Positions 8,224 to 18,853 are shown, numbered from the stretch's first letter. The stretch: 64,000 bases of DNA from Candidatus Staskawiczbacteria bacterium (GCA_903928565.1 CAIYRH010000015.1:11569-75568); one strand, 5' to 3'. Numbers and translations: made by a program. The notes: generated from the sequence alone by a model not told the origin.

Positions 8224-8910
8224 ATGAACAATAGGGCAATAAAATTATCACCGAATTCGTTGAATCTTTATTTGGAATGTCCGCATTGTTTTTGGCTAGA
8301 CAAAAATTTGGGCATTAAAAGGCCACCGCCATATCCATATGCGCTAAATTCAGCAGTTGATGCCTTGTTAAAAGAAGAATTTGATACTTACAGAGCAAAA
8401 AATTTACCGCATCCTCTATTGAAGGAAAATCATATTAAGGCGCACTTATTTGGTAATCAAAAATTATTAAATCAGTGGAGAAATAATTTAGCAGGCATAA
8501 GATATTTTGACGAAAATTTAAACGCAACTTTATTTGGCGCAGTTGATGACGTTTTAGAATTTGATAATGGTCAAATTGCTCCGCTAGATTATAAATCAAC
8601 TGGAAGCACGGCGGCAAACGTTTACGACAGGTTTCAGCTTCAATTAGATACTTACACATTTTTAATGGAAAAAAATGGCTACAAAACTCCTCACAAAGGC
8701 TATTTGGCCTTCTATATAGTAGACAAAAGTAGGGGATTCATTGACAGGTTGCCATTTAGAAAAGAAATTGTTGAAATAGAAACAAATCCACATGAAGTTC
8801 ACGAAATTTTTAAAGATGCAGTCAATATATTAAAGCACCCTCAACCGCCAGCTCATAGCTCAGATTGTGCGTTCAAAAAGTTTTTAGATGGCGCTGGGGG
8901 TTTCAATTAA
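8224..8910 (+). CDS. PD-(D/E)XK nuclease superfamily protein (Cas4/RecB-like fold)
   Basis: The ATG at 8224 is preferred. Features: N-terminal CPHC, GAVDDVLE, IAPLDYKSTG (D..DYK), QLQLDTY, and a C-terminal Cys. Confidence 0.65.
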   Translation: MNNRAIKLSPNSLNLYLECPHCFWLDKNLGIKRPPPYPYALNSAVDALLKEEFDTYRAKNLPHPLLKENHIKAHLFGNQKLLNQWRNNLAGIRYFDENLNATLFGAVDDVLEFDNGQIAPLDYKSTGSTAANVYDRFQLQLDTYTFLMEKNGYKTPHKGYLAFYIVDKSRGFIDRLPFRKEIVEIETNPHEVHEIFKDAVNILKHPQPPAHSSDCAFKKFLDGAGGFN

Positions 8911-8965
8911 TCTATATAAGTTGTATAATAGAATAGTTAGGTAATCAAACTAATTTAATAATATA

Positions 8966-10501
8966 ATGAAAATACCAAAATTTTTAAAACGAAAAAGAAA
9001 TCTCTGGATTATCGCAATTTTAGTGGTTGTAATTATAATTGGATTTTTTATTTTTAGTCCTAAAAATAAAAACGCCTCTATGCAAATCGGTTTTGCCACA
9101 AAACAAAATTTGCAAGAAACAGTTTTGTCTACCGGGCAGGTTTTAAGCTCTACAGACCTTGGTTTAAGTTTTCAGGGCAGTGGAGTTGTGCGAAATATTT
9201 ATGTAAAAGAAGGAGACACTGTAAAACAGGGGAAAGTTTTGGCTTCGCTTGATGCCGCTTCAGCCTATGCTACTTTAACATCTGCTCGGGGTTCTTTGGC
9301 TCAGGCACGGGCAAATTACGACAAGCTTTTGGCAGGTGCTTCTCAGCCAAGTTTACAAGTTGCCCAAGACACTGTTAATTCGGCGCAACAAGATGTAACC
9401 AACGCCTACAACGGAGCAATAAATACTTTAAATACTGGTTACACAGCAATTTATAATTCCGACTTTTTGGCTCTATCGGTGCAAGATGCTTATTTCCCAA
9501 CATCTGATAGAGTTGGTCTTGAAGTTAGAAACGCTAAAATTGAACTAGACGGCATTGTGCCAAACATAAAAAATTCATTAGATGCGGTTAAGGCAAATAT
9601 TACAAATCAAGGTGTTGATTCGCTGATATCTCATGAAATTATAGCCCTAAATACTACATATAACGATGTTAATGTCATTCGAGTGCAATGTGACGCAGAC
9701 ACATATAAAGATAGAATTCCCGATTCACAAAGAACGCTTTTAGACGCGCAAAAAACATCAATAAGTTCGGCGTTATTAGGAGTTACGTCGTTGCAACAAA
9801 ATTTAGCGTCTTTAAAATTGGCTTTACAACGGGCGCAAGACCAATTAAGTGTGACAACAGCTCCTCCAACTCAGGCCGACTTAAATTTGGCTCAGGGGCA
9901 GGTGCTTTCGGCACAAGGGCAGGTTGATGCTGCACAAGCGGTTTTAAATAATGCTATTATTATAGCTCCCGCAAACGGAACAATTACACAAGTTGACATT
10001 AAAGTTGGTGAATTGGCTACACCTTCTAAAGAAGCAATTATTCTGCAAAATGTTGGTAGCTTGCATGCAGAAGCCGACGTTAGTGAAGCCAACATTGCAA
10101 CTTTGCAAGTTGGTCAGCCGATAGATTACACCTTTGATGCGCTTGGGCCAGACCAACATTTTACCGGTAAAGTGTTAACTATAAACCCAGCTTCTACAGT
10201 AATTTCGGGAGTAGTTGATTATTTGGTGAAAGGAAGTTTAGACAACATTCCAAACTTAAAACCGGGCATGACAGCAAACATGACAATTTTGGTGGCGCAA
10301 AAAAATGATGTGTTGGCGGTGCCATCTACAGCAGTAATAAATAAGAATAATAAACAATATGTGCGCGTAATTGATAATGCCAAAAGTAAAACTTACCACG
10401 AAGTTCAAGTGCAAACCGGTTTGCAGGCTGACGGGGGATTAGTTGAAATTACTTCGGGGCTAAGCAACGGGCAAGAAATTATTATTTACATGAAGTCTTA
10501 A
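8966..10501 (+). CDS. HlyD/MacA-type periplasmic adaptor (membrane fusion) protein
   Basis: 511 aa with an N-terminal TM segment, a long coiled-coil and a beta-barrel C-terminus (APANGTITQVDIKVGE). It lies upstream of the ABC genes. Confidence 0.8.
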   Translation: MKIPKFLKRKRNLWIIAILVVVIIIGFFIFSPKNKNASMQIGFATKQNLQETVLSTGQVLSSTDLGLSFQGSGVVRNIYVKEGDTVKQGKVLASLDAASAYATLTSARGSLAQARANYDKLLAGASQPSLQVAQDTVNSAQQDVTNAYNGAINTLNTGYTAIYNSDFLALSVQDAYFPTSDRVGLEVRNAKIELDGIVPNIKNSLDAVKANITNQGVDSLISHEIIALNTTYNDVNVIRVQCDADTYKDRIPDSQRTLLDAQKTSISSALLGVTSLQQNLASLKLALQRAQDQLSVTTAPPTQADLNLAQGQVLSAQGQVDAAQAVLNNAIIIAPANGTITQVDIKVGELATPSKEAIILQNVGSLHAEADVSEANIATLQVGQPIDYTFDALGPDQHFTGKVLTINPASTVISGVVDYLVKGSLDNIPNLKPGMTANMTILVAQKNDVLAVPSTAVINKNNKQYVRVIDNAKSKTYHEVQVQTGLQADGGLVEITSGLSNGQEIIIYMKS

Positions 10502-10502
10502 A

Positions 10503-11219
10503 ATGACATTAATTGAAGTAGAAAATTTAAAAAAAGATTATGTAAATGACGAAGTTGTCACGCGCGTTTTGCACGATGTCAGTTTTAAAATAAACGAAGG
10601 CGAGTTTGTGGCAATTATGGGGCCATCGGGTTCGGGCAAATCTACATTAATGCACATTTTAAGTTTTTTAGACAGGTCAACTTCGGGTGTTTATAAATTT
10701 GAAGGCAAAGATACTAAAAATTTTGATGATGATTATTTAGCAAAACTAAGAAACGAAAGAGTGGGTTTTGTTTTTCAATCTTTCAATTTATTAGCGCGTA
10801 CAACCGTTTTAGATAATGTGCGCCTACCCCTGGTTTACAGTAAAATAAAAGATACAGATGAGTTGGCAGAAAAAGCGTTGGCTTCTGTGGGGTTATCGCA
10901 CAGGTTAAATTATCTTACAAACCAAATTTCTGGCGGAGAAAAACAACGCGTGGCAATTGCCAGGGCATTGGTAAATAACCCAGCGGTAATTTTTGCAGAC
11001 GAGCCAACAGGAAATCTCGATTCAAAATCTGGAAACACGGTAATGTTTATTTTGCAAAAATTGAATAACGCAGGCCACACAATCATTTTAGTTACTCATG
11101 AAACTGACACCGCCAACCATGCTAAAAGAATTATTAGAATTAAAGACGGCAATATTATTTCCGACGAGAAAGTTGCAAAGCGTACCGTTGCCAGTGCCGA
11201 AAAAGATTTGGTAAAATAA
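10503..11219 (+). CDS. ABC transporter ATP-binding protein (MacB/LolD-type)
   Basis: Walker [10 protein letters not shown], signature ISGGEKQR, Walker [12 protein letters not shown]. Confidence 0.93.
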   Translation: MTLIEVENLKKDYVNDEVVTRVLHDVSFKINEGEFVAIMGPSGSGKSTLMHILSFLDRSTSGVYKFEGKDTKNFDDDYLAKLRNERVGFVFQSFNLLARTTVLDNVRLPLVYSKIKDTDELAEKALASVGLSHRLNYLTNQISGGEKQRVAIARALVNNPAVIFADEPTGNLDSKSGNTVMFILQKLNNAGHTIILVTHETDTANHAKRIIRIKDGNIISDEKVAKRTVASAEKDLVK

Positions 11220-11221
11220 TT

Positions 11222-12493
11222 ATGGATTTTATTGGAACAATAAAATTAGTTTTTAGAACTCTGCTTGCCAGAAAAGGCAGGTCTTTTTTGACTATTTTGG
11301 GCATTGTAATTGGTGTGGCGGGCGTTATAATAATTATTTCTTTGGGAGCTGGAGCACAAAGTTTAATTTTGGGGCAAATAACAAAGTTGGGGTCTAATTT
11401 ATTGTCTGTGCAGCCCGGTAAAAGTAATGAAAAAGGGCCACCAGCACAGGTTTTTGGCGTGACTATTACCAGTTTAGTTAATGAAGACGCCAATGCCTTA
11501 AGAAATAAATCGCAGGTTCCACACATTCAAGCGTTAACGGGGTTGGTAATGGGGTCTGTTTCTGTAACCTGGCAAAACAAAACCGTAGACACCAATTTTA
11601 TGGGCACAGATTACAATTTCCCAGACGTTTTAAATACTTCAATAAGATTGGGGCAATTTTTTGATCAACAGCAAGGTGATGGTGGTGCCAATGTGGTTGT
11701 GTTAGGCGATACAGTTGCTTCAGAAATTTTTGATAACACCGGAGTAAATCCGGTTGGGCAAGTTGTAAAAATTAGAAGTTCGGCACAAACTCAGGCTGGT
11801 GGAATTCCTTTGCGCGTAATTGGAGTTATGGCAAAAAAGGGGAGTGCCATTTTTTTAGATTTTGACGACCAAGTTTATTTGCCTCTGGCAATTGGCCAGC
11901 AGCAAATTTTGGGAATTCATTATTTGCGTGCAATAGACATTAAAGTAGATTCTTCAAATAATATAGACCAAACAATTGCCGACGTTAAAAATGTTTTAAA
12001 CCAACAACATCACATTAGGAGCGATGATAATGCCGATTACACGGTTAGAAATATTGCTGACGCCATTAGTATTTTAAGCACAATAACAAACGCCTTAAGA
12101 TTATTTTTAACTGCCATGGCGGCTCTGGCATTAATTGTGGGGGGAATTGGAATTCTAAATATTATGTTGGCAACTGTTGCCGAACGCACGCGAGAAATTG
12201 GTTTGCGAAAAGCCGTTGGAGCAACAAATGGTGCCATTATGCGACAATTTTTAACAGAAGCCGGTGTGCTGACTTTTTTGGGTGGAATAATTGGTATAAT
12301 TATTGGCACCGTTGTTTCATTTTTGGCTTCGTTAGTTATGAAAAGCCTTGGATATGATTGGGCGTTTGTAATTTCCATAACTTCTGTGTTGTTGGCAATT
12401 GGAGTTTCAATTTTAACGGGTGTTATTTTTGGTTTGTACCCCGCGTTAAAGGCGTCAAAATTAAACCCAATAGATGCGTTACGTTATGAATAA
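11222..12493 (+). CDS. ABC transporter permease, FtsX/MacB-type
   Basis: 423 aa with an N-terminal TM segment, a large extracytoplasmic domain and a C-terminal FtsX-like 3-TM region. It ends with NPIDALRYE. Confidence 0.88.
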   Translation: MDFIGTIKLVFRTLLARKGRSFLTILGIVIGVAGVIIIISLGAGAQSLILGQITKLGSNLLSVQPGKSNEKGPPAQVFGVTITSLVNEDANALRNKSQVPHIQALTGLVMGSVSVTWQNKTVDTNFMGTDYNFPDVLNTSIRLGQFFDQQQGDGGANVVVLGDTVASEIFDNTGVNPVGQVVKIRSSAQTQAGGIPLRVIGVMAKKGSAIFLDFDDQVYLPLAIGQQQILGIHYLRAIDIKVDSSNNIDQTIADVKNVLNQQHHIRSDDNADYTVRNIADAISILSTITNALRLFLTAMAALALIVGGIGILNIMLATVAERTREIGLRKAVGATNGAIMRQFLTEAGVLTFLGGIIGIIIGTVVSFLASLVMKSLGYDWAFVISITSVLLAIGVSILTGVIFGLYPALKASKLNPIDALRYE

Positions 12494-13748
12494 TAAAGCT
12501 TTGTCACAATCTATTAAAGCGTTGAGTGCGAATCCGGTGCGCACGGTTTTAACAACGCTGGGAATTGTAATTGGCATTGCAACAGTCATAACTGTTTTAT
12601 CGGCGGGAGCCGGTTTTAGAAGTTTAATAAATTCCGAACTTGCCGCTTGGGGCACCGATACAATGTTTATTGAAACGCGTGTTCCACCAACAACAAAAAA
12701 TTTGGCAAACAGCAATGCTTCTTCGGCTAATTTTGGAAATGCAACATCTAGTGTACAAATTTCATCTTTTAAATTGTCCGACTTAGAAATAATTAAAAAA
12801 TTAAATAACGTTGCTGGTGCATACGGCATGGCAACCGGGCTTTCGGTTGTAAATTACCGCGATAATACTAAAAGCGCCATTTACTATGGCGTGGGAGCGG
12901 ATATGTTTTCAATTGATAAACATACATTAAAAAGCGGAAGATTTTTCACACAAGCCGAAGACACAGGAGCGGTTCAGGTGGCAATTTTGGGAAGCAATTT
13001 GGCAAAGGATTTATTTGTGCAAGACGACCCTTTGGGAAAATTAATTAGAATTGGCAATTTAAATTTTCAGGTAATTGGAGTTTATAATCCACAGGGTTCT
13101 TTGTCTTCGGGTGGTGCCGACGACGGTTTGTACATGCCCTTAGCCACAGCACAGAAAAAAATGCTTGGAATTAATTATATAACAATAGGTGTGGTGCAGT
13201 TAAAAGATGTTGATTTAGGCGACGCTACGGCAGAATTAATTAGTGAGACCATGCGAAGGCTTCACAACATTACAAACCCTGCCAAAGACGATTTTACGGT
13301 TACCACTCAGGCGCAGGCCTTAGATACTTTTAATACAATTTTCAATGGAATAACAATTTTGCTAATTGCCATTGCTTCAATTTCTTTGGTTGTGGGTGGA
13401 GTGGGCATTATGAACATTATGTATGTTGTTGTAACAGAAAGAACTGCTGAAATTGGTTTAAAAAAGGCGGTTGGCGCCACTAATGCCGACATTTTAAAAG
13501 AATTTTTAATTGAATCAATTTTGGTTACGGTGTTGGGTGGAATTTTGGGAATTTTGTTGGGGGCGGTTTTGAGTTGGTTTGTTGCCATTATTGCCACTGC
13601 TAACGGTTTAACGTGGGCTTTCACGGTGCCCTTATATGCCATAATTATTGCTGTTGGTGTTTCCGCAGGAATTGGAATTTCATTTGGAGTTTTGCCCGCA
13701 CGCTCGGCGGCAAAGTTAGACCCCATTGAGGCATTGCGTTACGAATAG
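12474..13748 (+). CDS. ABC transporter permease, FtsX/MacB-type (paralog)
   Basis: Same architecture as the preceding permease; ends with DPIEALRYE. An alternative ATG lies at 12486. Confidence 0.88.
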   Translation: MRYVMNNKALSQSIKALSANPVRTVLTTLGIVIGIATVITVLSAGAGFRSLINSELAAWGTDTMFIETRVPPTTKNLANSNASSANFGNATSSVQISSFKLSDLEIIKKLNNVAGAYGMATGLSVVNYRDNTKSAIYYGVGADMFSIDKHTLKSGRFFTQAEDTGAVQVAILGSNLAKDLFVQDDPLGKLIRIGNLNFQVIGVYNPQGSLSSGGADDGLYMPLATAQKKMLGINYITIGVVQLKDVDLGDATAELISETMRRLHNITNPAKDDFTVTTQAQALDTFNTIFNGITILLIAIASISLVVGGVGIMNIMYVVVTERTAEIGLKKAVGATNADILKEFLIESILVTVLGGILGILLGAVLSWFVAIIATANGLTWAFTVPLYAIIIAVGVSAGIGISFGVLPARSAAKLDPIEALRYE

Positions 13749-13792
13749 ATGGTGTGGTAAAATTAATTAATATAAAATTAAAATAAAAAATT

Positions 13793-14419
13793 ATGAAACT
13801 AAATAAGTCTTTGGGCCAAGCGTCAAAACTGCTCTTAGTTTTGGCAATAGTTGTTTTAGTTGCTGTAATTATTACATTTTTAATATTAAAAATGACAGAA
13901 AAACCACCAGCCCCAGTTGTGCCAAAGGCTCCGGTTGTTGAGTTGCCGGTATACGATAAATCTTTAGGCAATATTGAATTTGTGTACATTTCGGCCATCG
14001 ATAAAGGAGACACTTTATATGCCGCCGATGCCGTAAATGGGCAATATGGTTCACTAAAAGATTTTGTTATAGACAACCCAGGTGCAAAGTTTATTCAAGT
14101 AACAATTGGTGCAAAAAATATTGGAACAATGGATACCGTTCAAAATGCATGGAATATAGAAAATATTGTAGACTCAAAAGGCAGAAATTTTATTCCTGTA
14201 CAACAGTATAGCGTGGGCTCTTGGCTTCCAACTCATAGTCTGTGTGCATCAATTTTAAAACCAGCTTTTGACCCAACTCCTTGTACAAAAATATATGAAG
14301 TTTCTAAGGAATCAACTGGCTTAAAAATTAGAGTTGAAACCGGCAAGAACAACAGTACAGTGCAAAGTTCGGCTTCGGGTAAAAACGATACATTTTTGTT
14401 AGACTTAATAGTTAAATAA
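13793..14419 (+). CDS. membrane-anchored exported protein (tentatively DUF4352-like beta-sandwich)
   Basis: N-terminal TM anchor followed by a soluble domain. Family assignment is tentative. Confidence 0.55.
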   Translation: MKLNKSLGQASKLLLVLAIVVLVAVIITFLILKMTEKPPAPVVPKAPVVELPVYDKSLGNIEFVYISAIDKGDTLYAADAVNGQYGSLKDFVIDNPGAKFIQVTIGAKNIGTMDTVQNAWNIENIVDSKGRNFIPVQQYSVGSWLPTHSLCASILKPAFDPTPCTKIYEVSKESTGLKIRVETGKNNSTVQSSASGKNDTFLLDLIVK

Positions 14420-14422
14420 ATT

Positions 14423-14821
14423 ATGGTAGACCAAGATAATAAAGATAAAATAGAATCTCCAGAAAAACCAGCTGTTGAGCAGGGTACACCCGAGCACATT
14501 AAAGCAGAAGTTGAAAAAGTTCCAGATAAAAAAGAGGTTTTACACGACGACCCTCAGGTTTTAGCTGAATTAAGAAGAGAAATGGACTTAATGTTGTTAG
14601 AACCTGGAAATGAAAAAGCCGTAGAAGTAGAAAAAGAAAAACTTGATTATTTGGGAGAAAAAGAAAAAATAGAACATCTTTTGCAATTGGCAAAAGAAAA
14701 AGATTTGGTTTATGCGGTGCATGTTGCAAAAAGCATGGGCGAACCTTTTATTCTAGATTTGTTGCACGATACATTGGCCAAAGACGGCTATTATAAGGGA
14801 TATTTAAAGAATAGAAAATAA
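14423..14821 (+). CDS. acidic hypothetical protein
   Basis: 132-aa ORF, E/K-rich. Its start is 4 nt after the upstream stop. Confidence 0.5.
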   Translation: MVDQDNKDKIESPEKPAVEQGTPEHIKAEVEKVPDKKEVLHDDPQVLAELRREMDLMLLEPGNEKAVEVEKEKLDYLGEKEKIEHLLQLAKEKDLVYAVHVAKSMGEPFILDLLHDTLAKDGYYKGYLKNRK

Positions 14822-14836
14822 GAGGTTAAATTACTA

Positions 14837-17308
14837 ATGTCTATAATTATACCGGGATTAATTTTAGTTTTTTTATTGATTGTTTTGGCATTTATAATTG
14901 CTTTAAAATCCGAAAGCAATCAAAGAGACTCGGTTTTTGGTGGCCTTGAAATGGTTTTGTTTTTGGTTATGATGCCCCAACACACTCCGCAGAAAGAAGG
15001 GGAAATTAAAAAAGAAGAGAAGAATTTAATTTCGCAAATGGAACAAGTTTTTGCTAATTTTCTTTATTTAAAGAAAACAAAAATGTTCCAAACGCCACCT
15101 TGTTGCTCTTTTGAAATTGCCTCGCAAATTGGAGGTTCAGACATTTCATTTTATGTTTCTGTGCCAAAATATTTAGAATCTGTTTTTGAAAAATATGTGC
15201 AAGGCGTTTACCCAAATGCTGTAATTGATAAAGTCCCGCAAGATTACACTATTTTTGAACCTCAGGGAGCCACTGCCGCAGCATATTTGCAAATTGCGGA
15301 AAGTTCGCTTTTTCCAATTAGCACCTACCAACTTTTAGAAACAGATCCATTGGCATTAGTAACAAATAATTTAAGCAAAATTGCTGTAAATGAAGGTGGG
15401 GCAGTTCAGGTAATTATAAGGCCGTTATCTAGAATGAATTTAAGAAAAAAAGGGGAAAAGGCGTTAAAGAAAATAAGAGAAGGAAAGGCGGTTAGAGATG
15501 CTGCCATTTATGCATTTCAAGGCCCAATTACGGAGGCAATTGAAGACGCAGTTAATACTTTATTTGGTAAAAGTTTAAAGAAAAAGGAGGAAGAAGCCGG
15601 CTTACGAGAAAGAGAACAAACTTTCGACCAAAAAGGCTACGACGCCATTCAAAGTAAAATTCAAAAACAACCGTTTGAAACAGACATTAGGGTTGTGGCT
15701 TATGCACAATCGGAGGGGCGCGCCGAAGATATTTTAAACCATTTAACTTCTGCCTTTAGCCAATTTTCAATGTCTGCAATAAACAGTTTAGATGTTAAAA
15801 AAGTTTATGGCAGGGAATTGCAAAAATTAATTTACGACTATTCTTTTAGACAATTTAATAGAAAACAATCTAGCATTTTAAATTTAGAAGAATTGGCAAG
15901 CGTTTACCATTTCCCAACGCAGTATATTGAAACACCCTACATTAAATCCACAAAATCTACAACCTATGCTCCGCCTACAAATTTGCCAAACAAAGGCGAG
16001 CTTTGCGTTGGAAAAGTTTTGTTTAGAAACGAAGACAATAGCGTTTATTTTGCAGAAAAAGCAGACAGAAGAAGGCATTTTTATATTATAGGACAAACCG
16101 GCGTTGGAAAATCTGGTTTTATGGAAGGCATGATTGCTCAAGACATGGCTAATGGCGAAGGAATTGCCGTTATTGACCCGCACGGCGAACTAGTTGACCA
16201 CGTTTTAGCAATGGTGCCTAAAAATAGAATAGATGACGTTGTTATTTTCGAGCCGTTTGATATTGAAAGGCCATGCGGTTTGAATATGTTAGAATATGAT
16301 TCTCCCGAACAAAAAGATTTTGCTGTACAAGAAATGATTGCAATTTTTATGAAATTATTTCCACCAGAAATTATTGGCCCAATGTTTGAACACTACATGA
16401 GAAATGCAATGTTGGCTTTAATGGCAGACAAAGACAATCCTGGCACGCTTGTTGAAATTCCAAAAATGTTTACAGACCCATCGTTTTTGGCACAACGCTT
16501 GGCAAAGGTTTCTGACCCCGTTGTAAGGTCTTTTTGGACAAAAGAATGGGCACAAACAACCGGTTCTACAAGGTCTGACATGTTGGGTTATGTTGTTTCA
16601 AAACTTGGCCGATTTATTGAGAATGAAATGATGAGAAATATAATAGGGCAGTCGCACTCTGGGTTTGATTTGGCGGAAGTTATGGACGGTAAGAAAATAT
16701 TTTTAGCCAATTTGTCTAAGGGTTTAACCGGCGAGGTAAATAGCTCTTTGTTGGGTTTAATTTTGGTTTCAAAAATTCAAATGGCTGCTATGAAGCGCGC
16801 AAGAGTTGAAGAAGAAAAACGAACAGATTTTTATTTATACATTGACGAATTCCAAAACTTTACTACAGATTCCATTGCCACAATTTTGTCTGAAGCCAGA
16901 AAATATAAATTAAATCTAATTATGGCGCACCAGTATATGCCACAATTAAAACAAGAAATTAGAGATGCCGTTTTAGGAAACGTTGGAACAATTGGTGCAT
17001 TTAGAATTGGTGCCGAAGATGCAGAAAATTTGGAAAAACAATTTGAACCCGGTTTTTCAAGGTTTGATTTGGTGAACTTAGACAACTTTACAATGATAAT
17101 TAAAATGATGATAAATAATAAAATTTCTACACCATTTAAGATGAATACTTTGCCCCCGCCAAAAGGAAAAAAAGAAATTATAGACCCAATTAAAAAAATA
17201 TCTAAATTAAAATATTCGCGAGCGCGAGCAATTGTTGAAGAAGAAATTTCCAAAAGATCGTTCGTTGATTTGCCCCCAATTGCTCCACCACCCGTCCCAA
17301 CCCGTTAA
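14837..17308 (+). CDS. TraD/VirD4/HerA-like ATPase (type IV secretion coupling-protein-like)
   Basis: 823 aa with an N-terminal TM segment, Walker A GQTGVGKSG, Walker B FYLYIDEFQNF, and ARKYKLNLIMAHQY. Confidence 0.75.
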   Translation: MSIIIPGLILVFLLIVLAFIIALKSESNQRDSVFGGLEMVLFLVMMPQHTPQKEGEIKKEEKNLISQMEQVFANFLYLKKTKMFQTPPCCSFEIASQIGGSDISFYVSVPKYLESVFEKYVQGVYPNAVIDKVPQDYTIFEPQGATAAAYLQIAESSLFPISTYQLLETDPLALVTNNLSKIAVNEGGAVQVIIRPLSRMNLRKKGEKALKKIREGKAVRDAAIYAFQGPITEAIEDAVNTLFGKSLKKKEEEAGLREREQTFDQKGYDAIQSKIQKQPFETDIRVVAYAQSEGRAEDILNHLTSAFSQFSMSAINSLDVKKVYGRELQKLIYDYSFRQFNRKQSSILNLEELASVYHFPTQYIETPYIKSTKSTTYAPPTNLPNKGELCVGKVLFRNEDNSVYFAEKADRRRHFYIIGQTGVGKSGFMEGMIAQDMANGEGIAVIDPHGELVDHVLAMVPKNRIDDVVIFEPFDIERPCGLNMLEYDSPEQKDFAVQEMIAIFMKLFPPEIIGPMFEHYMRNAMLALMADKDNPGTLVEIPKMFTDPSFLAQRLAKVSDPVVRSFWTKEWAQTTGSTRSDMLGYVVSKLGRFIENEMMRNIIGQSHSGFDLAEVMDGKKIFLANLSKGLTGEVNSSLLGLILVSKIQMAAMKRARVEEEKRTDFYLYIDEFQNFTTDSIATILSEARKYKLNLIMAHQYMPQLKQEIRDAVLGNVGTIGAFRIGAEDAENLEKQFEPGFSRFDLVNLDNFTMIIKMMINNKISTPFKMNTLPPPKGKKEIIDPIKKISKLKYSRARAIVEEEISKRSFVDLPPIAPPPVPTR

Positions 17309-17316
17309 AAAGTTTA

Positions 17317-17349
17317 CAAAAAAAGCTCCGACAAAAGTCGGAGCTTTTT
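17317..17349. terminator. bidirectional rho-independent terminator
   Basis: A8-GCTCCGAC-aaaa-GTCGGAGC-T5, between convergent genes. Confidence 0.85.
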
Positions 17350-17353
17350 ATTT

Positions 17354-17914
17354 TTATGCGCGTTTTACGTAGGTGCCGGTTTCGGTGTTAACTTCAATAA
17401 TTTCGCCTTCTTCTATAAATAGTGGAACCTGAATAACCGCCCCCGATTCCAAAATTGCTTCTTTTGTTCCTCCTTGAGCGCGGTCACCTTTAACTCCCGG
17501 TGCAGATTCTTTAACTTTTAATTGCACCTTAATGGGTAATTTAAAAGTAATTATTTTTCCTTCAAATAAAATTCCCAATACAGCTTCGTTTGGTTTTAAA
17601 TATTTTGCTTGCGCGCCAATTTGGTCTTCTGTAAAGGAAAATCTTTTTGAAGGGTCGTTTATTTCGCAGAAAAAATATTGACCTTTTGTTTGGTACAAAA
17701 ATTTAATATCCTTTTTTTCTAAATCGGCTTCGTTAAAAACATCACCTTGTTGGAAGCTTTGCTCTTGAACCCTACCATCAACCAAATTTCTAATCTTGGT
17801 TCTTATAACAGGCCTGCGTTGAGCCATTTTCATTGAATTGGCATCTAAAACTTCCCACGGTTGGCCTTCATAAATAAATTGTACTCCTGGTTTTAAGTCT
17901 GTGTGTGTCAGCAT
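17354..17914 (-). CDS. efp: elongation factor P
   Basis: TDLKPGVQFIYEGQPWEVLD and the three-domain EF-P pattern. The ATG at 17914 is preferred. Confidence 0.93.
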   Translation of the reverse strand: MLTHTDLKPGVQFIYEGQPWEVLDANSMKMAQRRPVIRTKIRNLVDGRVQEQSFQQGDVFNEADLEKKDIKFLYQTKGQYFFCEINDPSKRFSFTEDQIGAQAKYLKPNEAVLGILFEGKIITFKLPIKVQLKVKESAPGVKGDRAQGGTKEAILESGAVIQVPLFIEEGEIIEVNTETGTYVKRA

Positions 17915-18014
17915 TTGATATTTCGCTCGCCAAATCAAATTTTTGCTCGTAGGGGGAATGTCCCCAAGGCGATTGCCCCTCCTCCAAAAATTTATTTGGC
18001 TCGCTCTAAATTAA

Positions 18015-18725
18015 TTATTCAATTATACGCCATTCTACGTCTTCTTTTTTACCAACATACTCAAGCCATTCGCCGTCTTTTATAACAAACCATTTCTTTT
18101 TCGTTTCCGAAAAAATCATTGGATCGCCCTTATAAAATGGTTTTTTAACAATTTCTTTTGGCTTTAAGCGGTCTAATTCAAGCCACTTTTTAAACACTGT
18201 TTCAATGGCATAATCTAGTTTTCTTGTTTTTGCCCATTGCGAAACTGTAGTTATGGCTTGCTTGGCTTTTTCAACAGAACCGGCTAACTCCATTAATTGT
18301 TTGGCGGGTTTGGTAAACCTAGAATAGATTATCTTTTTCTTTTTAGCATTATTTTTCAATTCTTGCAACCCTACGCCTTTCGTTTCAAAGTAGTGGGCAA
18401 TTATGTTTTGAATGGCGGTTTCTTCCTTTAATTCTTCAAAATCCTTAATTTTTTGTTTTTTTATGTATTCTTCAATTTTTTTGGCATTTTTTTCGCCAAT
18501 TCCCAAATCCATTATAGCTTTGAGGCCCTTTCCTCGGCTCGCCGAAGCCTTGGCGGAGGCGGCTTCTTTATAAACCTCGGCAACATCAACTTGCATTGCA
18601 TCTAAAATGCCAATGGCTTTTTTGTAGGCTTTTATTTTGAAATTTAAAGCTTTGTCACCCTTAATTTCAAGAAGCTTTATAATTTCGCCAAATATTTGAG
18701 ATATTTCTTGGTTTGCCATTACCAT
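18015..18725 (-). CDS. helix-hairpin-helix protein resembling the PolX N-terminal (8-kDa/HhH) region, without a polymerase domain
   Basis: NQEISQIFGEIIKLLEIKGD..FKIKAYKKA and LGIGEKNAKKIEEYI resemble the PolX N-terminus. The C-terminal half is unknown. Confidence 0.55.
   Translation of the reverse strand: MVMANQEISQIFGEIIKLLEIKGDKALNFKIKAYKKAIGILDAMQVDVAEVYKEAASAKASASRGKGLKAIMDLGIGEKNAKKIEEYIKKQKIKDFEELKEETAIQNIIAHYFETKGVGLQELKNNAKKKKIIYSRFTKPAKQLMELAGSVEKAKQAITTVSQWAKTRKLDYAIETVFKKWLELDRLKPKEIVKKPFYKGDPMIFSETKKKWFVIKDGEWLEYVGKKEDVEWRIIE
18523..18566 (-). repeat. GC-rich mini-element, in-frame inside the HhH gene (encodes AASAKASASRGKG)
   Basis: Sense-strand core TCCGCCAAGGCTTCGGCGAGCCGAGG. 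It is in the same frame as the prmC and femX copies. Confidence 0.8.
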
Positions 18726-18853
18726 ATTTTACCATAGGCAGGCTCAGTGGGGAACTCTTGACTAACTGATAAAATATGATATAAAAGATACGCAGAAGGA
18801 AATTCGTTTTTCTGCCGCCCAGTGGGCGCATGCAACTTGAAAAACTATCTTGT

